A DNA stretch of 64,000 nt from Burkholderiales bacterium (lineage in GTDB: Bacteria > Bacillota > Clostridia > Christensenellales > SZUA-584). Location: the NCBI GenBank assembly GCA_050260375.1, contig JBLNCA010000037.1:137844-201843 (forward strand), written 5' to 3'. The translations under genes were made by a program, and so were the position numbers. How positions within the stretch are numbered: position 1 is the stretch's first letter; each line of letters starts with the position of its first letter. This document shows, piece by piece, positions 44,769 to 53,500 of the stretch. A model generated the notes under the pieces. The model did not search any database, was not told the DNA's origin, and saw nothing but the letters and a program-made list of their open reading frames with translations.

Positions 44769-45909
44769 CCTTGCGCGCATTGCCGTAAAAAGCCTTACCA
44801 GATGGGCGGTGCTTCCCGCCGCGGCCGCGGCTATAGGCGTGTTTTGCATGTGCGTGGCGGGTACGGCGCTTGCGGTGGTGCAGCAGGAGAAGTCGCAGCC
44901 TTTTGAATTGAGCTTTTCGTCGCAGGACTCGGATATTACCGAAAACGACATTGCAAATATATCGGAAATTGAGGACGTAAAGGCGGTAACGCCGGTGTTC
45001 GAGGTTCCTGCCAGCGTTGCCGCGGGCGATTATTCGGCGGAGCTGAACCTTATTGGCATATATTCTTCTTATTTAACCGGGAAGTTCAAGGCGGGAGGCG
45101 TGTTTCCGGAAAGCGGCGTAATGCCGTATATCGTGCTTAACGAAGCTGCGTGCAAAGAGTTCAAGAGCAAAGAAGACTATTTGGAATACGAATATTTCGG
45201 AGACGAAACGGACTCGGAGGAATCGGACGCGCCCGACGTAGACTGGCTACAGGAGAGCATAAAGATCATGGCGGGTGAAGGCAAACCCGTCACCGCAAAA
45301 ATATCCGGCATATTGTCGGCGGAGGAAGAGGACGAGCAGCCCGCCGCCTATATCAGCGTTACCGCCGCGAAAGGACTGCTGCCGCCCGGCCAGCAGGGAA
45401 GCGCAAAAGCGAGCGCGCGCATAACCAATATAGGCTGCGCCGAAAAGGTGTCGCGCAGCATAACGGCGTTGGGATTCAATATAGACAACACAAACGACGA
45501 ATTGCAGGCAAAGTGGGACAGCCAGGAGGGGCAGATAGCGTATCTGCTTGTGATAAGCATATTTTCGCTGCTTTGCTTTTTTGCTCTGACGGCGTCGTCA
45601 ACAAAGATATCAATGCTGGAGCATAAAAACGAATGGCAGATGCTGAAGTGGACGGGCTTAAGGGACAGGGATTTAAGCCGTATATTTATAATACGCATGC
45701 TTGTTCTTGCGGCGTCCGGTATTCTTGCGGGCATAATAGCCGGCACGTCGCTGCCGTCGTTTTTGGACCCCGACCCTTGGGGCGCGTCCGTTTACACGCT
45801 GCCCGTTCCTTTCTGGGTGGCGGCAGCCAGCGGCGCGGTATTTCTGCTCGCAGGCGTCGCGCCGTCGCTTAATATAAAGAAACTCGTGTCGTATGAACTG
45901 GACTCATAA
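44755..45909 (+). CDS. FtsX/MacB-type ABC permease
   Basis: TM1, a ~230-aa extracytoplasmic domain, then three TMs in an FtsX-like C-terminus. Overlaps the previous gene by 14 nt. Confidence 0.75.
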   Translation: MRIFDLARIAVKSLTRWAVLPAAAAAIGVFCMCVAGTALAVVQQEKSQPFELSFSSQDSDITENDIANISEIEDVKAVTPVFEVPASVAAGDYSAELNLIGIYSSYLTGKFKAGGVFPESGVMPYIVLNEAACKEFKSKEDYLEYEYFGDETDSEESDAPDVDWLQESIKIMAGEGKPVTAKISGILSAEEEDEQPAAYISVTAAKGLLPPGQQGSAKASARITNIGCAEKVSRSITALGFNIDNTNDELQAKWDSQEGQIAYLLVISIFSLLCFFALTASSTKISMLEHKNEWQMLKWTGLRDRDLSRIFIIRMLVLAASGILAGIIAGTSLPSFLDPDPWGASVYTLPVPFWVAAASGAVFLLAGVAPSLNIKKLVSYELDS

Positions 45910-45938
45910 GCGTGACAAATATCAACCCCGACAAACTT

Positions 45939-45970
45939 AAAAACATACCATATTGCCTGGTATGTTTTTT
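45939..45970 (+). terminator. Intrinsic terminator after the FtsX-type permease
   Basis: AAAAACATACC-atattgcct-GGTATGTTTTTT. Confidence 0.8.
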
Positions 45971-46398
45971 AGCTATCTCTCAAGAGGATTGTTTAAAACA
46001 ATCTGAGACTGTCAAGAAAGTATATGCTGTCATTTAAGTCAGCTTCGCTTGAAGGAGTGTAACGACTAAAAAGATCTCCCTTCTTTAAAGCACTATCCAT
46101 GGGATTCAGACCTTCAGCCGCAAGCCGTCAGGCTAAAGCCTTCACCCAAAGGGGACTGAATGACAAATGGGGGTTTATCGATACTATAGGATTACTTCAA
46201 AAAACAGTCTCCTTCTATGCTGCTTGTACGTTTTCTGATTGCGGCATAACATGCCGTTGACCCAAAATAGCGCGTATGATATTTTATAAATGAAATACCG
46301 TTGTTTGCCAGGGCCCGCACAGCAAAGATACAGCATCCAAAGCAAGGTAAATTACCGGCTCTTAAGTTAACCGACCGGATAAACGAAAAAGGTGCAGC

Positions 46399-47358
46399 AT
46401 GAGCAGATATGACATATTGAACCTCGGAACGGCAATGGTCGATATTCCTGTAAAGCTTCCGTATAAGACGCTGGATTTTAAGACCGAACTTACCCGCATA
46501 GACAACCTGAAATTAATGCCGGGCGGGGACGCGGCCAACAGCTCCATTGCTTTGAGCCAGTTAGGCAACAGCGTCGCGCTTATCGCCGCCGTGGGGGACG
46601 ACGCTTTTGGCAACGAGTTTCTGCGGCAGGTGCAAAGCCGGGGAGTGGACGTATCTCATGTCGCCGTAAAGAAAGGCGTCAATATGTCGGTATGCTGTGT
46701 GATGGTAAACTCGGATGGCGACAGGTGTTTCCTATTTACACAGGGAAGCAGCGAGACGCTGTGCGAAGGCGACTTTGATTATTCGCTGCTTGACTCGGGC
46801 GCGCGGCACCTTAACTACAGCAGCTTTTTTCTTCACCCTCCGCTTGACTCGAGCGGCGTCGAAAGCATATTCCGCGCGGCTAAAGAGCGCGGGCTTACCG
46901 TAAGCGCGGATGCCAATACGGATTACTTTAACGTGGGATTCGAGGGCGTGCGCAAGTACTTGGAATATCTTGACTGCTTTATGCCAAGCTATGCGGAAGC
47001 GAAGCACCTGACCGGCGAAACCGAGCCGGGGCGCATGGCCGAATTTATAGCGAACAAGACAGGCGTTAAGACAATTATAATAAAGCTGGGCGCAGAGGGG
47101 AGTTATCTTTACAGCAACGGCAAAGGCGGCGTGATACCCGCGTTCAGCGTCAAGACTGTCGATACCACCGGAGCGGGAGACAACTTTGTGGCAGGGTTCT
47201 TAAGCGCCATGCTCAGCGGAATGGACACGGAGGACTGTGTGCGCTTCGGAAACGCCGCGGCGGCGCTGAAAATACAGCATGTCGGAGCTACCAGCCCGGT
47301 CGTAACATCGGAAAACGTGCGCGCGTTTCTAAAGGAGCGCGGCGTAAATCTGGGATGA
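46399..47358 (+). CDS. PfkB-family carbohydrate kinase
   Basis: GGDAANSSIAL and the DTTGAGDNFVAGFL anion-hole motif; 319 aa. Confidence 0.85.
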   Translation: MSRYDILNLGTAMVDIPVKLPYKTLDFKTELTRIDNLKLMPGGDAANSSIALSQLGNSVALIAAVGDDAFGNEFLRQVQSRGVDVSHVAVKKGVNMSVCCVMVNSDGDRCFLFTQGSSETLCEGDFDYSLLDSGARHLNYSSFFLHPPLDSSGVESIFRAAKERGLTVSADANTDYFNVGFEGVRKYLEYLDCFMPSYAEAKHLTGETEPGRMAEFIANKTGVKTIIIKLGAEGSYLYSNGKGGVIPAFSVKTVDTTGAGDNFVAGFLSAMLSGMDTEDCVRFGNAAAALKIQHVGATSPVVTSENVRAFLKERGVNLG

Positions 47359-47411
47359 GAATATTTAACGAAACCGGTTGGTTCATATAAAATAAAAGGA
47401 GCCTGTAATAT

Positions 47412-48440
47412 ATGATAAGTGAGCGAAAAGCCGCAGTCAAAGACGGCAAGGACGTATTTGTTTATACGTTGAAAAATGCTAAAGGTAACACCGTCGCGGT
47501 CACCAATTTCGGCGCGACAATAACGGAAATAGTCGTTCCCGACAGAAACGGGGAAAAGGCGGACGTGGTACTTGGGTACAAAACGATAGACGAATATATG
47601 GATAACAAGCCTTTCTTGGGCGTTACGGTGGGAAGGTATGCCAACAGGATAGCAAACGGCAGGTTTTATCTCAACGGCAAGGAATACGTTTTGGATTGCA
47701 ACGAAAACCCGTATTCACACCTGCACGGCGGTAAACTGGGATTCGACAAAAGGGTATGGGACGCGCAGGCCGATGGCGATAAGCTGCTGCTTACATATTT
47801 AAGCGCCGACGGCGAAGAGGGATATCCGGGTGATCTTACTGCGAAAGTTGCGATGACGTGGAGCGACGACGATGAGCTTACGATTGAGTTTGAGGCAAGC
47901 TCGGATAAAGACACAATAGTGAACCTTACGAACCATTCTTACTTTAACTTAAACGGTGCGGAAACGGACATACTCGGCCATGAGCTGCTGCTTAACGCGC
48001 TTAACTTTACGCCTGTCGACGAACACCTGATACCTACGGGCGAGATAGCGCCCACCAAGGATACGCCTTTCGATTTCAGTACGCCGCATAAAATAGGCGA
48101 GCGCATAGATTCTGATCATCCGCAGATGCTACTTGGGCACGGCTACGACCATAACTTCATAATCGAAGGCAGCGGCATGAGGTTTTTCGCAAACGCGTAC
48201 TGTGAGACGAGCGGCAGGATGATGGAGGTGTATTCCGACCAGCCCGGCGTGCAGTTTTACACGTCGAATTGCTTGGGCGACCTAAACGGCAAGAAGCCTT
48301 ATCACAACCGGTGGGGTTTCTGCCTTGAGACGCAGAACTATCCGGACGCTATAAACCATCAAAACTTTCCTTCCTGTGTGCTGAAAGCCGGGGAAATTTA
48401 TCGCACAGCAACAAAATTCCGCTTTTCAGTAAAGCGCTGA
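47412..48440 (+). CDS. galM: Aldose 1-epimerase (galactose mutarotase)
   Basis: VGRYANRIANGRF, HLHGG, GYPG and NLTNHSYFNL motifs. Confidence 0.88.
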   Translation: MISERKAAVKDGKDVFVYTLKNAKGNTVAVTNFGATITEIVVPDRNGEKADVVLGYKTIDEYMDNKPFLGVTVGRYANRIANGRFYLNGKEYVLDCNENPYSHLHGGKLGFDKRVWDAQADGDKLLLTYLSADGEEGYPGDLTAKVAMTWSDDDELTIEFEASSDKDTIVNLTNHSYFNLNGAETDILGHELLLNALNFTPVDEHLIPTGEIAPTKDTPFDFSTPHKIGERIDSDHPQMLLGHGYDHNFIIEGSGMRFFANAYCETSGRMMEVYSDQPGVQFYTSNCLGDLNGKKPYHNRWGFCLETQNYPDAINHQNFPSCVLKAGEIYRTATKFRFSVKR

Positions 48441-48515
48441 TGCGTTATAATTAAGTGGTTAGACCAGTATTTCTCTCCTCCGTTGAAGGAAAGGACATAT
48501 CTTAAGGAGGTACAT

Positions 48516-49925
48516 ATGTTTAAAAATTCCGAAACTGAAAAGCTGTATAACGAACGGGCGGCAAGGTATTATTGCGCGATGGATTGCGGCACGCCCGACA
48601 GGATACCTATGCGCTTTCTGATGCAGGAAGCGGCCGCGAGGTATATGGGATACACGAACCAGCAGGTGGCGTGCGACTACAACCTCGCGTTTGAGGCGAC
48701 GAGAAAGGCGGGAGAAAAGCTGGGAGTCGATTCCGTAATGCTCAACGCGATATGGAGCAACTACGGCGTAGCAAAATCCGCCTCGTGGAAATACCTCTAT
48801 GTTCCGGGCGTCGACGTAAACATGGACAGCGTGAACCAGTTCGGAGAACCGGCAACCGAAGAAGAGCTGTTCATGCATGCCTCGGAGTATGAGGAGTTCT
48901 GCGATGACCCTACAGCTTTTTTGTTCAACAAATGGTTTCCGCGCGCAACGACGAGGCTGCAAGCCTTAGGAGAACCGGTGACTTTTGATCACAACGTTGC
49001 GCTTATATCGGGAGCATTGGCTTACGCTAATTACATGAACGCGTTCGGGCCTGCCGCCTACGCCTTGAAATACGAATCCGGTCTGGTGGGCGCAAACGCG
49101 GGCATGATAAAAGCGCCTCTTGATATACTTTCCGACAAGTTCCGCGGCTATATGGAGACGGCTATAGATACGATAGAGCGCCCGAAAGAAGTGTTAAAAG
49201 CGTGCGAAGCGCTGATGCCGCACATAGTGGCGAATGCTCTTAGCGGTGCGGACCCCGAAAAGAAAGTTCCGATAACTATATGGGCGCATCGCGGCTGCGT
49301 GCCGTTCTTCTCGCAGGAAACGTTCGACACGATATTCTGGCCGACGCTTAAGCCAGTGTTCGAAGAGATAATCTCAAAAGGCTACCAGATACTTTTCTAC
49401 GGCGAAGGCAACTGGGAAGCGCATTACAATGCGCTGCTCGAGCTGCCGGAGGGGAGCATAATATACCACCTCGACAAGGGCGACCCGGCAACGGCGGCCA
49501 AGGCGTTTAAAGGCAAATTCGCAATAAGCGGCGGGCTTTCGTACGACGTTCTGGCACGGGGAAGCAAAGACGACGTGCGCAGCCACTTAAAGCAGCTGTT
49601 TGAGGTAATGAAGCCGGGCGGAGGGTATATACTCGACGCGACGGCGCTGATGATGCACGATATTATACCTGAAAACCTCGATGCCGCCGTGGAGTATACG
49701 CTGGAGCATGGCGTATACTCGCAAGGGCACGAAGGCGTAAAGCGCGGCAGCCACGGCCCGCAGAACATACCGCAGGGCAAGCGCCCGCCGGGAGTTGTGC
49801 GGCCGTGGGAAGAAGAGTCAAAGAACTACCGCTGCCTTACCGGGGACGTGGAGCTCGTGAAGAGCAAATGGCAGGCAAACGACGCGGCGGCGTACAATTA
49901 CCTGTGGACCACGGTACTCTGGTAA
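48516..49925 (+). CDS. Uroporphyrinogen-decarboxylase (URO-D/MtaA-like) family protein with C-terminal extension
   Basis: PDRIPMRF, APLDILSDKFRG and KPGGGYILDA resemble URO-D family blocks. ATG lies 5 nt after AAGGAGG. The assignment is by eye only. Confidence 0.45.
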   Translation: MFKNSETEKLYNERAARYYCAMDCGTPDRIPMRFLMQEAAARYMGYTNQQVACDYNLAFEATRKAGEKLGVDSVMLNAIWSNYGVAKSASWKYLYVPGVDVNMDSVNQFGEPATEEELFMHASEYEEFCDDPTAFLFNKWFPRATTRLQALGEPVTFDHNVALISGALAYANYMNAFGPAAYALKYESGLVGANAGMIKAPLDILSDKFRGYMETAIDTIERPKEVLKACEALMPHIVANALSGADPEKKVPITIWAHRGCVPFFSQETFDTIFWPTLKPVFEEIISKGYQILFYGEGNWEAHYNALLELPEGSIIYHLDKGDPATAAKAFKGKFAISGGLSYDVLARGSKDDVRSHLKQLFEVMKPGGGYILDATALMMHDIIPENLDAAVEYTLEHGVYSQGHEGVKRGSHGPQNIPQGKRPPGVVRPWEEESKNYRCLTGDVELVKSKWQANDAAAYNYLWTTVLW

Positions 49926-49940
49926 AAAGAAAGATTGCAT

Positions 49941-50837
49941 ATGCTTAGGATAATAGCCGATGCCGTGCGAGAAGGCGCGATACTAGTCTCGGACGGAGCC
50001 TGGGGTACGTTTTTGTATGGTAAGGGCTTAAAGCCCGGCGAATGTCCGGAGAGCTGGAACATCGAAAGGTTCGAGGACGTAAAAGCGATAGCCGAGAGTT
50101 ACATTGACGCGGGCGCGGATATGGTCGAGACAAACAGTTTTGGCGGCTCGCGCATTAAGCTTGCGCATTTCGGGCTGGACGGCAGGACCGCAGAGATAAA
50201 CGAAGCGGCGGCAAGAGCTTCGCGCGAGGCGGCGGGCAAAGACAAATACGTAATAGCATCCATAGGCCCTACGGGCAAGATGCTCATAATGGAGGACGTA
50301 ACGGAGCAGCAGCTTTACGACGCGTTTAAAGAGCAGGCGGCTGCGCTTGAAAAGGGCGGCGCCGACGCGATATGCATAGAGACTATGAGCGACAAGGACG
50401 AAGCGGCCATAGCGGTAAAGGCGGCTAAAGAGAATACGAAGTGCGAGATAATCTGCACCTTCACATTTGAAAAGACAATATCGGGCGACTACAGAACGAT
50501 GATGGGCGTATCTCCCGCGGACGCCGCGAAAGCGGCGGTGGAAGCGGGCGCGGACATAATAGGAACGAACTGCGGCAACGGCATAGAGCGCATGATAGAT
50601 ATAGTGAAGGAAATGAGAGCGGCATATCCCGATAAGCCCATACTCGTACACGCAAACGCCGGCCTGCCGGTAAGCGTAGACGGCAGGGACGTTTATCCCG
50701 ATACTCCAGAAATTATGGCTTCGTTCGTGCCCGAACTCGTAAAAGCGGGGGCGAATATTATAGGCGGCTGCTGCGGCACTACGCCCGAGCATATAAGAGC
50801 TATCAAAAGCGCGGTAAAACAAATAAAGCAAGCATAA
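49941..50837 (+). CDS. Homocysteine S-methyltransferase-family (zinc/thiol methyltransferase) protein
   Basis: LVSDGAWGT and VETNSFG motifs, plus the zinc ligands GTNCG and GGCCGTTPEHI. Confidence 0.75.
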   Translation: MLRIIADAVREGAILVSDGAWGTFLYGKGLKPGECPESWNIERFEDVKAIAESYIDAGADMVETNSFGGSRIKLAHFGLDGRTAEINEAAARASREAAGKDKYVIASIGPTGKMLIMEDVTEQQLYDAFKEQAAALEKGGADAICIETMSDKDEAAIAVKAAKENTKCEIICTFTFEKTISGDYRTMMGVSPADAAKAAVEAGADIIGTNCGNGIERMIDIVKEMRAAYPDKPILVHANAGLPVSVDGRDVYPDTPEIMASFVPELVKAGANIIGGCCGTTPEHIRAIKSAVKQIKQA

Positions 50838-50985
50838 TCAAACCAAAAGGCTTTTAACCGCAGCGCGTATCATTGAGTTTAATAATATATAGCCTCAATA
50901 TATATATCCTCACGCATCGCTGAGGAATCCATTGTCAACTAATCTGCCTGTGAAATATGGGCAGGTTAATTGTTTTTTAATGATA

Positions 50986-51014
50986 TTGACAAAACGATAT
51001 TACACTATTATAAT
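50986..51014 (+). promoter_or_regulatory. Sigma-A promoter upstream of the ROK regulator
   Basis: TTGACA-N17-TATAAT. Confidence 0.7.
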
Positions 51015-51108
51015 CAAATAAAATATATTAAATAATAAAAACAATAATCAAATAAAGTAAGTAAACAAATCAATTATTTTATCAATTAGCGGCATTGGAG
51101 AATATTAT

Positions 51109-52329
51109 ATGGCCAGGAAAGGGAAAAACCTCGTTGACGTCAGGTTCTTGAACAGAGCATTGGTGGTTGACCTGATGAGAAAGCACAATATCAGATCAAG
51201 GGCTGAGCTTACGAAACACAGCGGCCTTAATCAGGCGACTGTTACCAATATAGTAAGCGAGCTCATTGCCTGCGACCTTGTTTATGAGACAGGCCTAATC
51301 GAAGGACAGAACGGAAGAAGGATTATAGGCCTGGAGCTTAACTGTGAAAAATACAGGTTTTTAAGCATAAGGCTCACAAGGGAATATTTCCTGGTCGGAG
51401 TATACGATATTAAAGGCAACCAGCACCTGCTTAAGAAATTCCCCATAGACAGGAACGACGATGTAGACAAGACGCTTAAGAATATAAAGGAAGAAATCAG
51501 AGCAATAACGCGCGCGTTGGGAGACAAAGTGCTGCTCAGCGCCGGCATGGCCGTGCTGGGCCCGTTCCTTAAGGAAGAGGACATGTTTGTGACGGCGACG
51601 GGGTTTCCCGAGCTGAAAAACATACATATAAAAAAGGAGCTGCAGAACGAGCTTGACGTTCCTCTGTATATCGACCACGACGCTAACCTCGCGGCATACG
51701 CGGAATGGCAGAAATACAGCGAAAACGGCGATCCGGGGCCATTCCTTTATATAATGGGCGGCCAGGGACTGGGCGCCGGTATAATAGTGGACGGAAAGAT
51801 AATGCGCGGCAGGTCGGGAGTCGCGGGAGAAATAGGACACATGAGCATCAACTGCGCTGGGAAAAAATGCGAGTGCGGCAACAAAGGATGCTTAGAGCAG
51901 TACGCTTCCGGCTTTGCGATGCTTAACATGCTTAAAGAGTATATTGGCAAAGAAAGCGATACCGTGCTTAAACCAGACAGCGGCATCAGCGATATATACG
52001 CCGCATTTCAGAACAACGACAGGCTCGCGGTTAAAATACTGGACGAAGTGGCATATTACATTGGGTTCGGCATAGCGAGCCTCATTAACCTCATAAACCC
52101 CAGCACAATCGTAATAGGCGACGATTTCCAAAAAGGGGGCGAGCATTTCCTTGGCAAAGTATGCGAATCGATTAAAGAGCACACCTCGCCTGATTTGTTC
52201 GGCAAACTATCGATACGAATAAGCACGTTTGAAGAGGACCCCGCGCTTGTTGGCGCGGCAATACTGGCGATAGACGAGATATTGAAAAACGAGTCGTTTT
52301 TCGAGAAGTTGCTAGACGCCAAAGCATAA
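51109..52329 (+). CDS. ROK-family transcriptional regulator (NagC/XylR-like)
   Basis: N-terminal winged HTH, then a ROK domain with the CECGNKGCLEQY zinc motif. Confidence 0.85.
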   Translation: MARKGKNLVDVRFLNRALVVDLMRKHNIRSRAELTKHSGLNQATVTNIVSELIACDLVYETGLIEGQNGRRIIGLELNCEKYRFLSIRLTREYFLVGVYDIKGNQHLLKKFPIDRNDDVDKTLKNIKEEIRAITRALGDKVLLSAGMAVLGPFLKEEDMFVTATGFPELKNIHIKKELQNELDVPLYIDHDANLAAYAEWQKYSENGDPGPFLYIMGGQGLGAGIIVDGKIMRGRSGVAGEIGHMSINCAGKKCECGNKGCLEQYASGFAMLNMLKEYIGKESDTVLKPDSGISDIYAAFQNNDRLAVKILDEVAYYIGFGIASLINLINPSTIVIGDDFQKGGEHFLGKVCESIKEHTSPDLFGKLSIRISTFEEDPALVGAAILAIDEILKNESFFEKLLDAKA

Positions 52330-52495
52330 TAAGACTGTATTTGCCGCCCTGCAAGAAATAAAATTTTGTTTCATAAAATGTATAATTACGAACATATAAA
52401 TACCAGTATAGGGGGGAACAGGTAGTAAAAAAGCGAAATATCCGGTTATCATAAAAAATTATTTCACGAAAAACGCATATAATGCTTATATTCCA

Positions 52496-52525
52496 TTGAC
52501 AAATGAACATGCAGGTTATTATAAT
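52496..52525 (+). promoter_or_regulatory. Sigma-A promoter upstream of the RpiR regulator
   Basis: TTGACA-N18-TATAAT, bracketed by the 10-bp inverted repeat ATGCTTATAT / ATATAAGCAT. Confidence 0.6.
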
Positions 52526-52632
52526 CGTCATATAAGCATACAAATGTGCCTTCACATGAAATAAAATTTTATGACTCGCTAAACACTTTGCGGTTTTTGG
52601 CGGTGATGTTGCAGACCGGAAAGGATATGAAT

Positions 52633-53478
52633 ATGGTACTTGGGAGCCATGTGCTTGAAAATATCCGCGCAAACTACGATGAGATATTTTCGGCGGAAAA
52701 GAAGGTTGCGGACTACATTCTGAAAAACCCTGAAAATACGATAAGGCTGAATGTGTCCGCGCTGGCCGAACTAAGCGGCACAAGCGACGCGACGGTAATA
52801 CGCCTGTGCCAGCACCTCGGGTATAAGGGCTTTTACCAGATGAAGCTGCAATTGGCGCATGATCTGGGCAGCGAGCAGCTTTTTAGCGGCAACATACAGC
52901 CTAAGGACCCGGACAACGCAGACGACGTGCTTAAGGAAGTCGTGTCCAACATAATGTACGCAAAGGCGAATGTGGACAGCGGAGTCTTAAAAAAATGCGT
53001 TGAACTGATACTCGGCTGCAATACGGTACACCTTGTTGCGGCGGGCAACTCGATACCGACCGCGATAGATTTCGCGTTCAGGCTCGGCCGCGTGGGAATA
53101 CATACAAACAGCTCGTTCATGCCCGAGCAGCAGCTTAACGGAGTAAACCTCGGGTCGGATAAGGACGTAATGATAGGCATCTCGCATTCAGGCAGTTCAA
53201 AGCAGGTGCTGCAGGCGTTTGAACTTGCAAAGAAACGGAACATGACAACAATATCGGTAACAGACCTGACGGGCAGCCCGGTAACCAAGACGTCCGATTA
53301 CTCGATATCGACAGGCATAGAGTTCTCCAGCGTTTATATCTTCGGCGCGGCGTCGCACATATACATTTCGGCAATACTTGACATACTTCTTTACTTCGTT
53401 GCCCGCGCAAAGAAGAACGAAGCCAAAAACGGAGAAACGGACAACGTAGAATACTTCTTATCGGAAACAAAGATTTGA
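52633..53478 (+). CDS. RpiR/MurR-family regulator (HTH_6 + SIS)
   Basis: FSAEKKVADYILKNPE..LAELSGTSDATVIRLCQHLGYKGF (HTH), then SIS blocks (VHLVAAGNS, IGISHSGSS). ATG 52633 lies 7 nt after AAAGGA. Confidence 0.85.
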   Translation: MVLGSHVLENIRANYDEIFSAEKKVADYILKNPENTIRLNVSALAELSGTSDATVIRLCQHLGYKGFYQMKLQLAHDLGSEQLFSGNIQPKDPDNADDVLKEVVSNIMYAKANVDSGVLKKCVELILGCNTVHLVAAGNSIPTAIDFAFRLGRVGIHTNSSFMPEQQLNGVNLGSDKDVMIGISHSGSSKQVLQAFELAKKRNMTTISVTDLTGSPVTKTSDYSISTGIEFSSVYIFGAASHIYISAILDILLYFVARAKKNEAKNGETDNVEYFLSETKI

Positions 53479-53500
53479 GGCACACTCAGGAGGAACACCG

